This document shows positions 50,961 through 64,000 of a stretch of 64,000 nt of DNA, piece after piece. Made by a program: the position numbers and the translations under genes. Numbering within the stretch: the stretch's first letter is position 1; each line of letters opens with the position of its first letter. The stretch covers positions 8,767,846-8,831,845 of the forward strand of contig CM082577.2 of NCBI GenBank assembly GCA_040954595.2. Direction: 5' to 3'. The notes under the pieces are model-generated. The model ran no database searches. It was given only the letters and a program-made list of their open reading frames with translations, and was not told where the DNA came from. The DNA comes from Balanoglossus misakiensis. Its lineage: Eukaryota; Animalia; Hemichordata.

Positions 50961-53900
50961 TGTACGGAGTTGAATTAGCATATAATCGATACACAGATTT
51001 GCGTGCATCTCATTAGGCCACTGCCAACTGATCACTGAGAATACGGCTCAATTAGAATGCGGAACAATACGTTCCTAATTGATCATGTTGAAGTGAAAAT
51101 GAAAGTTGTCATTATTGTTTAGCGCGGTCACATTTGGTTAATGTGATTTTTCCCCAGAAGCGCAAATTACATTCTTCGCTCTCGATAAACGCGCGAAAGA
51201 TGAAACCGTTCAACGATTTCCCAATAATTGTGTAACGCTGCAGGGAGAAAGGGCCTCCACATTTGTGCAGTAAGATATAGGTAAAGGGGTCACCAACGCA
51301 AATTTAGTCACAATTACCATGTAAAGTTGAGATCTGGCCAATGACCGATTTTCTCAGGTGGGCACGCGAAAAAGAGTGCGTCATATCAAACAGTCACTCG
51401 AAGACTTAGACACGCCATTTGATCATATACGGGCATTTATGTAAATTAAGGGCCGGGTGATTGTCACGTCTCACCAATTCTCAAAATGCGAACACTTACG
51501 CGCATTTGTGAACTACATTTGCTTGGATTACTGCGCGCTTTGCTCTCCACTAAACATTGACTAACGAACGTTCTTTCCATTTTAATAAACAAATCACCGG
51601 AGCGAGATCCAAAACGTGTGACCCGATCTGACACTGGCGGCGTGAATGAAGCTGGCGTACATTTTCTCGTCTAAGCCAGCGTAAATAACCGAGTTACTGA
51701 TAATCTCTAGTGGTTTTGAAAGAGTGAACTGAACGTAGTAGTGTGATCCTGCCATCCAACATGATCAGAAGCGGCGTCACCTACATCGCTCAACTCCAGC
51801 AAGTAAGTTTCATCGCCAAGTGGTTAAAACTTGAATACGAGCAACACAACATTCTCCAGTGACCGGATCCCCGTACCATTTCAATAATAAAATTTACACC
51901 CCGTTACACCTCGATTTCTACCGCATTCTGCGTTGGCATCGCAATTTAATATGTGCATCATCCGCAAAGAGATGTGGCCGTAGATGTTTTGAACACTCGC
52001 AAAACCGGCGTTAATTTTCGATAATGCACGCATTATCCCCAATTGGTTTAGATGCTATTTATCAATAAATGTCGTATTCCATGATTAAAAAGAAACTTTA
52101 CGGCCCTTGAGAGGGCCTCCATCGTAAGGCGTACGGTACTCCCAAAGGTCTGGCCCTTCCGCCGTTGAACCTATACTCGCAGATCCGCAAAAGCCTATCG
52201 GGGTAGTAAAAAATTACAGCCGATGGGGCTTGGCTGACTTGTACAGCGAAATAGGTCACTGGGATATCTCAGGACTTACATCAGTAAATGTTGACGTGAT
52301 CAGGTGTTCCACAGCCCGAAGGAGCGATGGTCATCCGCGCCGTCTGCAAAATTAATAAAGAATAACTGCTTGGCGTGTTGCGGGACTGAATATTTACAAG
52401 AAAGTACAGGACACCGCTGATAATCACATCCATAATGCCGACTTTGTGAGAAATACCGAGTATTAGCTCAGATATAAGCTTGTATATATAAATCATGACG
52501 GGTGTTTGAGAACGGCTTCCGGTGTTAGCATGTTCTGTTACGTATTGGAGCTTGTTTGCTTCCTTTTGATCAGACTAATATTAATAATATCCCTATTTCG
52601 GATGTCATTGACGAAACAACATTGATGCGGCATTACGGGTCTTGTACAGACAATCGCAAATGTGTTCTGCCTTGTGGCAGTCCTGTTTGGTTTTCAACGG
52701 TGACAGTTTTTAGACTTTGAAGATCTAGTTGTTTTCTCCCTGGGCCAAGCTGTGTCCAAAATAGTAATAATAGCAAAGAGACTATACAGAAAACCATTTA
52801 AATCTCAAATATTGCTACTGTTGATTTGAATTTTTGGCGATTTATTCACTTTTTTTCTCACAAACCTTTTGAGTTCGCGCCTCTACGATAACAATTCTGA
52901 TTAAACCAGGCTGATGCAGAGGTTGGCTCGTTTCGATTCGATGAGTACGTTCCTCCCATGGATTTTCGCTTGCATTTAATGCCTTCGATCTCTGCCCGTT
53001 CACATGTAGTAAAATCGAAGACATGAAATTACACACGACAAGATACATATAAACAGATCGAATCGCGCCAGTCGATTGGACGACTACATGACTAGCTCTC
53101 TTTTACCGTTCGTCTATCAGTGTAGAAGCGGCATGCCACTTTTCGCCTTCCTCTAAGTCTGCAATTCCCCAACAACACGGATGGATACTTTTAGTGTTAT
53201 CAACAGTCTATTAAAAGCGCCCCAACCTAACCTCGCAATAAAACGTAGATCCAGGCGTTCTTCAAGATCGACGACGTAGCGAACTAGCGTTGACAAGCGT
53301 TTGCGGTAAACAACCAATGGCACGTATCTGAAATGATGATGGCAATTTTACGTTCGGCGAAGTTGCGCTGTGTCGGTGTTTCTCCATCAACGAAAGGACC
53401 TCGTCCAGAACTCATTTTTTATGGGTGGTGTCATAATTGCGAAGCGATGTTCAAATTAGCTCAAGGCCGCGGCAAGGACAGTCGTAACATTTGAAAGATG
53501 AGCGCCCCTCCGCCATAACTGTAGTTAATTCTCACAACATCTTTAATTGCCGTTTATGAACAGGTACAGCTTCCATTTGCCGATGACAGTAAGTAACAAC
53601 CGCCAACGGCTTAAACGGTTTTGTCATAATTGCTTAAAGTTACCATAGTAACACTGACTGATGCAACTAGTGGAGTGCCAAAGAAAGTTCTGGCTTTAAA
53701 CTTTGTTTTCTGTTGTCCCCTCCCTCCCCGTGATCATTACTTTCCGAGGTACTTGCTATAGATGCTTGATGATCTCTTTATAGTACCGGCGGGAGAGCCC
53801 TGGTAACAGTTTTATCCATTTCGGCTATCGTTTTCACATCACAAATTATCCAAAAACTCTACATTATGGTTATACTTCTATAAAAAGCGTCGAAATCACG

Positions 53901-56219
53901 CTAAAATCTTGAAGACCCGGAAAAAAAGTAGTGCTCTAAAATGAGGTATGTCGGACAGCGTTACCCGAAACACGCCTGATCCTATTAACAAAATTATGAA
54001 CATTCGAGAGGAGTTTTTTCTAACGATAAATGACCTCATTCATGTTCTTATACCGCGCTTGTGTATACGTGTATACACTAGTATAAATTCACACACAATC
54101 AGAGAAGGTGGTCTCACGTTTGCCTGTGCGTGAACGGAACCTCTCCCGAGGCTATAGAAAATAAAAAAGTGTCTCGTTCGTGATTTAGATATTTGCTATG
54201 AATGAATACAAGCTTATGTCCGTGTGTATTCAAGGGTTCTTTAGAGTGTTCACTGATCCCCTTTAATGATGTCACGTGAACGTGATTCGGGTGATGATTC
54301 TGGTGCTATTACTGTTCGCTCGTATTGCTGAACGAACGCTCACTTGCATCTGCCCGTAGATGCCCCGTCTTCAAGATGTTCACATATTCTGTTGAAGTTC
54401 GCGGCAAAATATGGGTAATGGTCGATATTAAATTAAAAAAAAAAATAGAACGATACGCATTTCCAAGTACATGTAGAATTTAACCCTTCGCCATATTAGA
54501 CAGCCGGTCGTATACACATATTAACTGTAACACCAAATTTGATGAAAACTGCATATATCAATCTCGCATGATGGCGATGCTAGTAATAATGACTGCGTAT
54601 AAAAGTCGCACTTCGCCCACTGATTAAAGCGCTAAAAATCTTTAATTCCAAGGCGATTAACTCAATAAAGCCGCACGATGTCCTATGATGAACGTGCTGA
54701 CTTCTTTTCGAGGCAGTTTTTATAACATCTCCCATCATTTCGGCTCACTCACTCCACGATGACATGACACTCGTCAAAACACACCTTGAACCTGAGAAAG
54801 AAAAATCCCGCGCTTTTATGTATCGACAGATGCCTTGCTGTTCAATCGTTCCACTTCTCATCAAGTGCGGTGTTCAAATATTATAATCACGACAAAATGG
54901 CGCTATGATGGCAGTCTTGCGCGCGCTCGTGCCACTGATAACCTTTATCATAAATGTGACTGATTTAAATTAGCAGATTTCATATCATATACGATACGCA
55001 GCCATTGTTGTTACGGTAGCAACCAGAGAGGTTTGACGTATTTGAACCATTGTCATTTGACTCAAAGGAAATACGAGTGATATATATTCGCAATACGTGC
55101 AAACTTCGAGGTTATTAGAGAGATTTTCTGAGACCGTGAAATGCGGTTGGCTGAAGGCCTTTGCAAAGAGTCACGTTTCACACAGTGACACCCAAGGAGA
55201 CTAACATTTATCGATTGAGGTCCCGGTCCCAATGTTGAACATATTTGACATTTCAATCCATACGGTATAGCTATAATCTGGCTTATTGCTCTTTACTTTA
55301 AAAACGGCGACAAAATAATTGCTCGGCCGGTTTTCGACGAACAGAGTGTGCGTATAAGTAGTCCACACACAAAAAAACGGGTCAGTTTTGAAAGACCGAA
55401 ACCACGTGATGTTGTGTAACAATATGGGGGTAATGAATCAACGTTAAAAGCGGTCAAATTTCCCCCTGAAATTATTCTTCATGGTAACCTAAATTGCAGA
55501 CCGCCTAAAGTGTTATCTATCTACAATTGTAAATTAGCCCGGTGAACCCCGATTGTTATTCTCAGTTGTGAGAGAGAATAAAGTTGTCTTGAGCGAAATT
55601 TGACAACAATTTTAATACTGATTTTCGAGGTACACGCTACCTCAATACCACAATATATCACGCGACCTATAACACGCGACTCTCCGGGCCGTTCTTGTTT
55701 TCGATGTACAATTCCAAGGTTCGTTTATAATGTATTAAAATATCAGACGATACGCTACGATGTCCAATTTGTGTATACCCTTGGGCGCCTTCCCTTGGAT
55801 ACGTTCATGGCTGTCTTTTTTATAAAAAAAAAAGTGTTATGAAGACGTCCTGAGTTGAAGGCCAATACTGAATACTTCGCCTGGGTATCTTCGTATATAT
55901 GTTCAAGTGTCCACATATCCCTTTTTATTAAAAGCTGTTATGAAGACTTCCTGTGTTGTCAAGGTACTAGTATCAATTTTATCCATTGCGCGAAAATATA
56001 TTCCAGCGATAATAAAGTATTCCACAGTAAATACTAACAGAAGAAGGAAGTTCACGGGCGGATTCAACCCCTGGGAGTGAAGATTGCCGCTTTCAAGTTC
56101 GTCACCGTTGCTGCAAACAACTTTGATCGCAATTTCAGAATGTTTTCGAAAGTTATAAAAGATCATGAGTCCGGCGTTTCAGGTGCTGCGCATGCCCTAA
56201 TCTTCCCATAGCCGTATAA

Positions 56220-56328
56220 GGGAGCATTCACTTACTAGGAGGGGGGGGGGGGGGCTGGGAGATATTGCGGACGGTCCATCATATAAAGTGTTACCCCCCC
56301 CCCCCCGTCATAATAACTGAATGCTCTC
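56220..56328. mobile_element. Small PIF/Harbinger-like MITE with poly-G/poly-C arms
   Basis: TAA|GGGAGCATTCA...poly-G...poly-C...TGAATGCTCTC|TA; imperfect inverted ends, TWA-like left flank. Confidence 0.55.
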
Positions 56329-58867
56329 TATGGTGATCCTTCAATGTCTCCCAAAGGAAATCATCTCAGATTGCCCTGTATATGTTCCACGCATCAACCA
56401 ACCTTTTCAATTTGACAACACAATGCCTACTAACGTCCAACGATAACAATTATTCGGGAGATAGGAAAAGGGCGACCTATATCACAGAAACGTACGCGAT
56501 AAAACTAACTAATGTCAAAGTTGATGGCGTGCACTTTTAATCAATTAAAAGTTTGGACCGAACCTATCGATGCGCGTGGGGAGATTGTCGGCCATGATGG
56601 AGATTTGACCACACGCGCCGTCTTTTTGCGAGGTAGATAAAAACATGTACATCAAGCAGCGATTGGAAGTGACAAGGTCGAATGATAGTCAAGCAGTTGT
56701 TAGGATTTAACGGGCAAGAGCTCACCCCCGCTTTATTATACAATATGCACGTCGTGTGACACCCCTTGTAATTACTGTAAGTGTCCAACGAAGCGTAAAA
56801 CCGCGATATCAACGCCTATAGCCTAGAGAATGAAGGCAAGGCTATCCAATTTCGCGGTTTTTATATGGGTGCGTGAAATGACTTAAGATTCACTTGATGT
56901 TCTGATTAATAAAGATCAATCCCTTGTATTACAGATAGTACGCAACGACCGCCCTGCCAATTTCCCAATTTCACACATGGTGTTATATAGTGAATTGAAA
57001 TGGCGTGCCTATGTCTTCTAATGACCGTGTGGTGGCGCATATTTTTCGCGTGGCCACCCTGTGAAAATCTGCCATTGGCTGTATCTCAACTTGCCATAGC
57101 AACTGTGGCTAATTAGAAAAGGTGACTGTTTGCCTTTAACGCCTTTTTTCAGTTTGCATGCATCTTTTCCGCAAATACTACAAGCGCATATATGGCACAA
57201 AGCTAAGCCGCACGCACGAATCCTGTTAGGAAAATCACAAACTAGTTCTTTTACAAAATCCTATTGTTGCAGAAATCTTTTAGCGCCACATGGGAACAAT
57301 GTTGCCGGTAATACAGTTTTGTTTCAAGAAAAAAAAGAAACAAAATTTATTGTATCTCCAGTTGTAAATAATCCCTCCGAATAAACGTGTCAATAAACTT
57401 CTAGCCTAGAAATATTGCAAAATCAGACCTTCAATGAAGCGTTGAGGCTATTAATGTAATCTCGTTCTATAACCTTCAAAAAAACTTATTAGCACGGAAA
57501 AGCGGAATTAAAATGAATATTACTCCGTTATAAACCTGTCAAAGATTAACTTTTAATGCACAGTTTTTATCACTAAATCACAAAACATATAATAACACAT
57601 TCAGGGGTTATCCTATAGGTCTTAACAATAGTCGGTGTGGTGACTTAGATTTCTTCAGAAACAACTCTCAGTATAGATGTGTAATTGATATACAGGTGCA
57701 GAAAAATTGTTCTCCTGTAATCTAAGCTCGTGTAATACACATTTAATAATGGCTCGATTACTGTTCAGAGTGAGTTATTCGCGACATTGTTATCCCCCCC
57801 ACACACAAATCCGTTAAAACTGTGAATGATTATTACACCTACAAATTGATTTTTTTTGTCGTGGTTCTCAATGGAGGATGCGGTGTAATATTGAAAAAAA
57901 AGGGCTGTGGATATTAAATCTGAAACTCCCAGGCAACAAATACTTAGTGAATAAATCCGTGAGTCGTTAACTTTTAATCAATATACATACATCCTGTTGA
58001 CCTGCGGCGAAGGAAGTTCATTCGAATGACAAGCGAGAACTAGAACACTTTCTAAAATGCTTCTTATAAGTGCGTGTCGTTGCCTGTTTTGCGCGTGAAC
58101 CAAAAATTAGCAGAAAGATGCGTCAGAAATGCGAACTGTTTTGTGAGTACACGTACTCGCACTCCTTAATTATAGTCGAAATTTCCGGAGTTGTATAGAT
58201 ATATATTTCTCCAACACGCTTGCTTTTCTTCTGAACAGAGGCAAATCAGTCAGCATCACACGAGAAGTCATTCGTCTCAAAACCATCAACATCACGGCGT
58301 CATGTGAGTTTTATATCACTCTGCACATCATTACTGCATACGAGTTATTCGGACAACTTCAAAAAGGCAAATTGTAACATAGATAATCGCGCCCTCTTGG
58401 GTTGAAACACTGACCTGTCTGAAATTCATACTAAATAATGAAATATACTGTTAATTTTATATTTTTTTGTCGAATCGACTTCAAAATAATTTTTTAAAAT
58501 TGTATTACACGTACTCAGGCAAATAAACAGTAATCGCATGAGGTTTTGTATTTAGACAAACTGATCAGCTTAATACCATTCAGTGCAATGTGATGTCTGT
58601 CCACTACACAACGCAAACACACGCAGTACTAGTTACGAAATTTCCCAACCGTCTCGGCAGTTAATTTACAAGTTGACGTAGATCGATACAGGATGAGATA
58701 ATTGGGATACATCCATATTAATTGTGCTGGAGAAACTATCCTTGGGGTAATAAATTTCGCCAAGCTTTTCCGATGTATTTGTCTCGCGCTTCGGATGACG
58801 TTTAGGGGGACCGCATCAGCAAATACGAGTTCGAGTTTTAGAGACGTCGAAATGGATGCTTTATTTA

Positions 58868-59174
58868 AGCAATAAAACACCCCCAGCCATGGTATACCAC
58901 GAGATTTTGACCAGTTCACGACATATACGCACGAGCGATAGCGAGTGCGTATATGGAGTTGAACTGGTCAAAATCGAGTGGTATACCATGGCTGGGGGTG
59001 TTTTATTGCTATTATATTATGCCAGTATATTGAAACTTTGCATAAAACATTTTAAAAAGGCATTTTCTTTGACTATGATATATGACTGTGGTATATGGCT
59101 AATATATCACGGTCACATGTCGTGTCTCGACCAATCAAATAGCTTGATTTACACCATCAATATACTGGTATAAT
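58868..59174. mobile_element. Multi-hairpin non-autonomous element (~300 bp)
   Basis: 143-bp near-perfect palindrome at 58868-59010. An 18-bp inverted pair (59016-59033 / 59157-59174, 1 mismatch) follows and encloses a third hairpin (~59084-59114). Confidence 0.75.
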
Positions 59175-61025
59175 ATAATCCGATATATCACATCGGCTTA
59201 CACGCACGCACGCGCACTGTGGTGATTCAACTTCGGGCGCGGTTTATTTCCATGACGTAATGTGCTACCTTCCCCCTGGTAACGATAAACTCTCGTGTGC
59301 TTTTTATTACTCCCGGCAAAGAATTAGTTGGCCATCGAAACTATCCTACGTATGATATCTCCGCCTTTACGACTTCTCCTTCGTTGAGCTGAGACGAGTC
59401 AGTGGAAATGATCCAGTAAAAGGAACCGCTTGATTAATCTCGCGCCTCCCCGTATTCATTGTATCAAAACACATGACTCGGAAGGTCACATGATCTCAAA
59501 CCTTTGATCACCCATCTGCAGGACACTGCATCGCACGTAAACACCGGTACTTCATTTGATCATGTTGATTAAGAAGCCTTGCATCGGTCGCATGAAAAGC
59601 CCATACGCGATCAATAAAAAAGTATTAATTTATACAGGAAAACAATCTCAATAGGCTACTGCGCGTTTAATAATCATTTCGCCGTATTTCAAAATAAGTT
59701 CGATTAAAAGTGTGGCACTCAAGGAATTACATTTAGTCAGTATGGCTATTGGAAGTTGTCACTGGGGAGACAGAAATAAAAAAAAGATGGACTTCCATTA
59801 CTGGAATCACGCAAAAAGTCATTTTGACAGTAAACACATCGGATCTCCTATGTTTGTAGTCTGCTCCTTGCGGACACCCCGCCTAATACATGTCGATTTA
59901 TGTTGTCACAGAAAGAAAGTAAAGGCATGGAGATAAATTTGTCAAATTAAAATGCCACGGGATATTTAACAGTACGTGCTATGCAGCTGGCAAAAGAGAC
60001 CATCAGGACAGCGTCAAACGGTCTAAATCGTCAGTGATTTCTTCCACGCAACTTCACACACCTGTACTCTCACAAGTCACAACGCAAGTACTATCGCTGC
60101 TCACAGTCACGTTCCCGGGCCTTGCTTACATGTAAATGACGTTGGCTGTCAACGTTAATTATGCATGTGTATGTGCAATAAACCGTATAAACCCGGAGCT
60201 TTATATGAGTAATTAAATTGGCTCTTTCATAGTTAATGCCGCCGATCGGTCACGGTGCGGTTGTGTTGTACTTTAACCTCGTATGAATATCTATATCTTC
60301 CCCCAGAAGCTGACACAGCCCGGGAAAGTGCCCGGATGTACGTGCGGTCGACCGTAGATACTCGCTTTTCTCGAGTATTCATGGGTCAACAAACTATGTA
60401 TAGTCTAAATCTAAGGAAGGACTCATTTTAAATTAATGAAGGTGGCACTGATTCGGTTCTTTAATAGCAGGGCGAGTATAACACACTCACGCCGAAGACA
60501 GGTCCCAAGCGTCAGGAAATTTGACATGGTGGTAATCTTAATATTCTTGTGACGCAGGTCTTTTCTGTAAATCGTCAAACAAATTGGGCATTGGGTGAGC
60601 GTATCTACCGGATAGCATTAATACACAATGAGGGGGGAGGGGAATGCCGCTAAGCTGGCGTCAACTCTGTCATGTCAGCAGTGAACAGACGGAAACAATC
60701 TCTGGAAGCTGCAGGCTCAAGACTAGGCCAAATCAGTATCATGAAAGAATTATGGAATTCAATATTATTTATCCCAAAGCTGAGCAGCTAAAACTGGCGC
60801 CCATGGGAGGGTTCACCGATCACACACAAACAAATACATATCCAATCTTAAAATACAGAAACGCAATACGCGAAAATACACTAATAACCTACACACCATT
60901 TAAAATACATGTAGGTCTACGCAGCAAAGGGAGTTGCTATCCTTTAATATACAAAATTTAATACAGTAATGTCCAAATCGACAGCCTACGTTTTGCATTT
61001 GCATATTTGCGTTTTTTTGTATCAT

Positions 61026-61279
61026 GGTAATATACGCCTTGAAAATAAAATTCTTAAAAACAAGACAACTTTAAATTATTATCTCCTAAAATTGAGAATA
61101 AAAATGGCGGGTCCTCTTGCAAAATATTGAATGAGAGTGCGAAATTTTCTCAAATTCAAAATGGCCGCCAATCTCTATGTGAAGTCTATGAAGAAAATCT
61201 AAAGTAGTTTTCATGAAAACGAGACGATGAATACCCTGCTTTATATTTTGCTTTTTAAAAGTCTCCTCGGACACTTTAA
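61026..61279 (+). mobile_element. Degenerate dispersed repeat (same family as 36597-36772), ends in TTAA
   Basis: Shared segments listed for 36597-36772; contains TTCAAAATGGCCGCC; TTAA at 61276-61279. Confidence 0.6.
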
Positions 61280-61443
61280 TAAAGCAAAGCATTGGAAGGT
61301 TTGGAGGACTATCAATTTTCTGGAAACCTTTCCACGAGGAGCTTACTTACTACACTACATGTGAGCGTCCATCGAAAAATCAACATTGCCCTTGACCACG
61401 GCAGGGTCCGTGTCTTGACACCGCAGCATTCGACGCTCGAGCT

Positions 61444-61446
<3 letters not shown>

Positions 61447-61500
<54 letters not shown>

Positions 61501-61506
61501 AGGGAG
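61447..61506. repeat. (GA)n microsatellite followed by (GGGA)n
   Basis: About 23 GA units read directly. Confidence 0.95.
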
Positions 61507-61827
61507 GCAAACGACAACAGCGCTGCAGGAGTACGCTCAGTGCATGGCCACCTGAGCAGGCAATATTTCATCGGCACGATAAGAAATGACTCTGTCATTA
61601 CAAATGGAAAATTGCCTGTTGTTCCCTGCAGCAGTGGGGGGTTTCACAGATTGAAAGAAACGACGAATTATAACAACTGCGACATAATGGCTTCAAACTG
61701 AGAGCGTGATGAGTGGTCAATCTTACCGTATTTTGTGTAGGATCGAACTACGTGTACTTGCGGCGGATGTTTGTATTAGAGGAACTGACAAAATAAAAGA
61801 AAGAAAGCATTTCACTCAGATCATTTG

Positions 61828-61855
61828 CCAGACAGACAGACAGACAGACAGACAG
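61828..61855. repeat. (CAGA)n microsatellite
   Basis: cagacagacagacagacagacagacag. Confidence 0.9.
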
Positions 61856-64000
61856 AGAAATACGTATTTGCCACACTGCAGATTTCATACAGTTAGAATC
61901 ATATCCTGACTGACGGGCACGCGCGAAATTAATAAACCACAGTACACAGGTATATCTAGCCATTCGATGCAATTTGTTATGCAAGACGGCACATGAAACG
62001 CCGACTCGCGGATATCACCTTAAACAGAAGCGGCAGACCCTGCATACAGTCAGGGTCTGTGCGGTAGCATTTGGGTTATTAAGGGCTCGGCGGGTAGCAG
62101 TGCATATATGATTAGAGCAAAATGGTCGAATACTGGTTACAATAAGCCGGATAAACTGTTTTAAAGCTCTCGGGGACGAGACGCTGAGACGAAGACACGT
62201 AGACCGTGTCTATGACTCATCGCGCGCATCGTGTGTGCGGCCAATGATTGAGAAAATGCTCGACGTGTTCTATAATCTTGCATACGCTCTAGCATGGCCG
62301 GGAACTGAAGTTGTGGTTATTTTTTTTTTTTGCGTGTGCCAAGTCTTTTAGCGGGCAATAAACGTGCGTAGTCAAACGTACATGCTCCTGTGACGTCATG
62401 TCAACTGCATATAATCGAGGGAAAACGACTATCACCAGACAAAACGGTATATACATAAGGACTATGTCACGCATCGCATTGCACGCACTAGTAGGGTTTT
62501 TTGAAAACACTCTAATATGACACGTATTTGTTTCAAGAAGATGAGATTGCTCTCGATATGTAATCGTAAATCTATAGCCGAGACGCAGAATTCTTCACAA
62601 ACAACATCTGGGGTGACCGCATCTATACTAGTATTAAGGGAAATAGAGAAGCGGTTTTGCTATCCCAGATAAAAATGTACAATTAACGGAAATGGATTAC
62701 TGAAATGCTGCTCAGGAATCACGTTTGTAGGAATTCACGTCATTCTGACTTTCTTCTTGGCCTTCGCTGGCATCATAGCGTATACGCCAAATTTGGGACT
62801 GTTAAACTCCGCCATCCACGGTGGGACGGCGTCCAATTGCGTTCCGTCAAACTACCTCGGCCATGCATGAAATCATAGTTTCGACGATTGCTCGCTTCCT
62901 GCCGATTCACAAGTGATTCTCTTGTGTGTAGTGACGATTCCGGGAACTCGAATGTGTCAACAACGATCAAGAAAACTTCTCAAGTTCCATTTTTTTGACG
63001 TTGAACAAACGACGGGTCTTTTGAGACGGACTCATCTTCCCCTTTCAATTTCAATTTCACCGAAAACGTCCGAATGACGATAAGAACAAAAACGAGCACA
63101 TTAGCTCATAACTTCGAATATCTGCGATGATGTGCGACTAGACTAGCAGCAAAAGAAGTAAAGGTTTACATAACATGTGTTAGCAGCATACCAGATCGAA
63201 TCTATGAGTCGATACTGTGATTAATAGTTTCAGTTTTATGTGATACAACCAAACTAAATAATATTGCGCAAGTGTCTCGTGGTTGCGCGATGTTAGGAAT
63301 TCCTCCTCCAGCCTTCTAATTATTTTAATGTTAACCCGACAGGTGGTAGATTAAAACACTAGCACATCTGTTTTGAAACTTTGCTCAAACAAATCCAATT
63401 TATTCACGCAATTTTACGGTCAGATCAGTTTCATTTGAAATAAAAAAAATCAATTTGCTCTGGGATGATTTTCCCAATGCTGTTTAAATTCGAGAGTTAT
63501 TGATTTCTTTCACTGAACTGACGCACCCGCGACGGTAAAATCAAAGTATAAAGTTAAAGCGCGGTAAGGGGTGCATTGGGAGGACGTGCCCCTGACTTGC
63601 CAAGCAAGAGACGGGATCTCGAAAGTTGCGTCACGTTGCGTTTCGGTACGCCGAAGCATATGAACGGAAAATTGAAGAACGGATGGACTGTCGAATGAAG
63701 ATTTCTTACCTCGAGTCGTGCGGTTCCGAATGGCACCTCTCAGGTACGCGTCGAGTTGCAATGCGAACAGTTCCCGTCGGAGCTGCAGACGTAAATATCT
63801 GCAAATGTTCAGCCTGTTTGCCAAAACTTGTTACTTCGTCAACAAGAAGAGCAGCGTTTTGAAAGCCTTCAGTGCGTGCACCATTTGCTTGTGGGTGGTT
63901 CACAAGCCAAACTTCGCCGCAAAGCGCTGAAAAGTCTGAGCATGTTCAAAAAATGGTAGCAATCTTGAACGTTATGCCTACGACTTGGCGATAGCTGTCC

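Noticed and set aside
52150-52200. B-box-like GGTTCAA on the minus strand suggesting a tRNA or SINE
   Set aside because: No cloverleaf, A-box or tail could be built.
61292-61598. ORFs with ER and SL dipeptide repeats
   Set aside because: Translations of the (GA)n microsatellite.

Overview
Eukaryotic, gene-poor animal DNA with spliceosomal introns, a U2 snRNA, MITEs and satellite; probably an invertebrate deuterostome (inference only). Left to right: (1) an 88-bp AT-rich satellite array (1-6241, running off the left edge) with 8-mer and 11-mer higher-order duplications; (2) a CpG-poor, apparently non-coding block (about 6.3-11 kb); (3) a complete 4-exon minus-strand meteorin/meteorin-like (METRN/METRNL family) gene, CDS join(28523..28396, 25627..25212, 15826..15770, 12169..11838), 310 aa, with GT-AG introns and all 10 family cysteines, only partly visible in the ORF track; (4) an intact solitary U2 snRNA gene (minus, 34015-33828) with PSE-like and octamer elements; (5) just upstream of U2, an unexplained TATA+Inr+exon+splice-donor unit; (6) a class A neuropeptide GPCR with an intronless CDS (orexin/allatotropin-QRFP-NPFF group; minus, 45224-43485, 579 aa) with NRY instead of DRY; (7) about 18 kb of CpG-rich non-coding DNA, probably its 5'UTR intron and regulatory region, with several MITEs and a 300-bp multi-hairpin element. 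No CRISPR, tRNA, rRNA or autonomous transposon is visible. I see no clearly new multi-gene system; the best leads are under findings.
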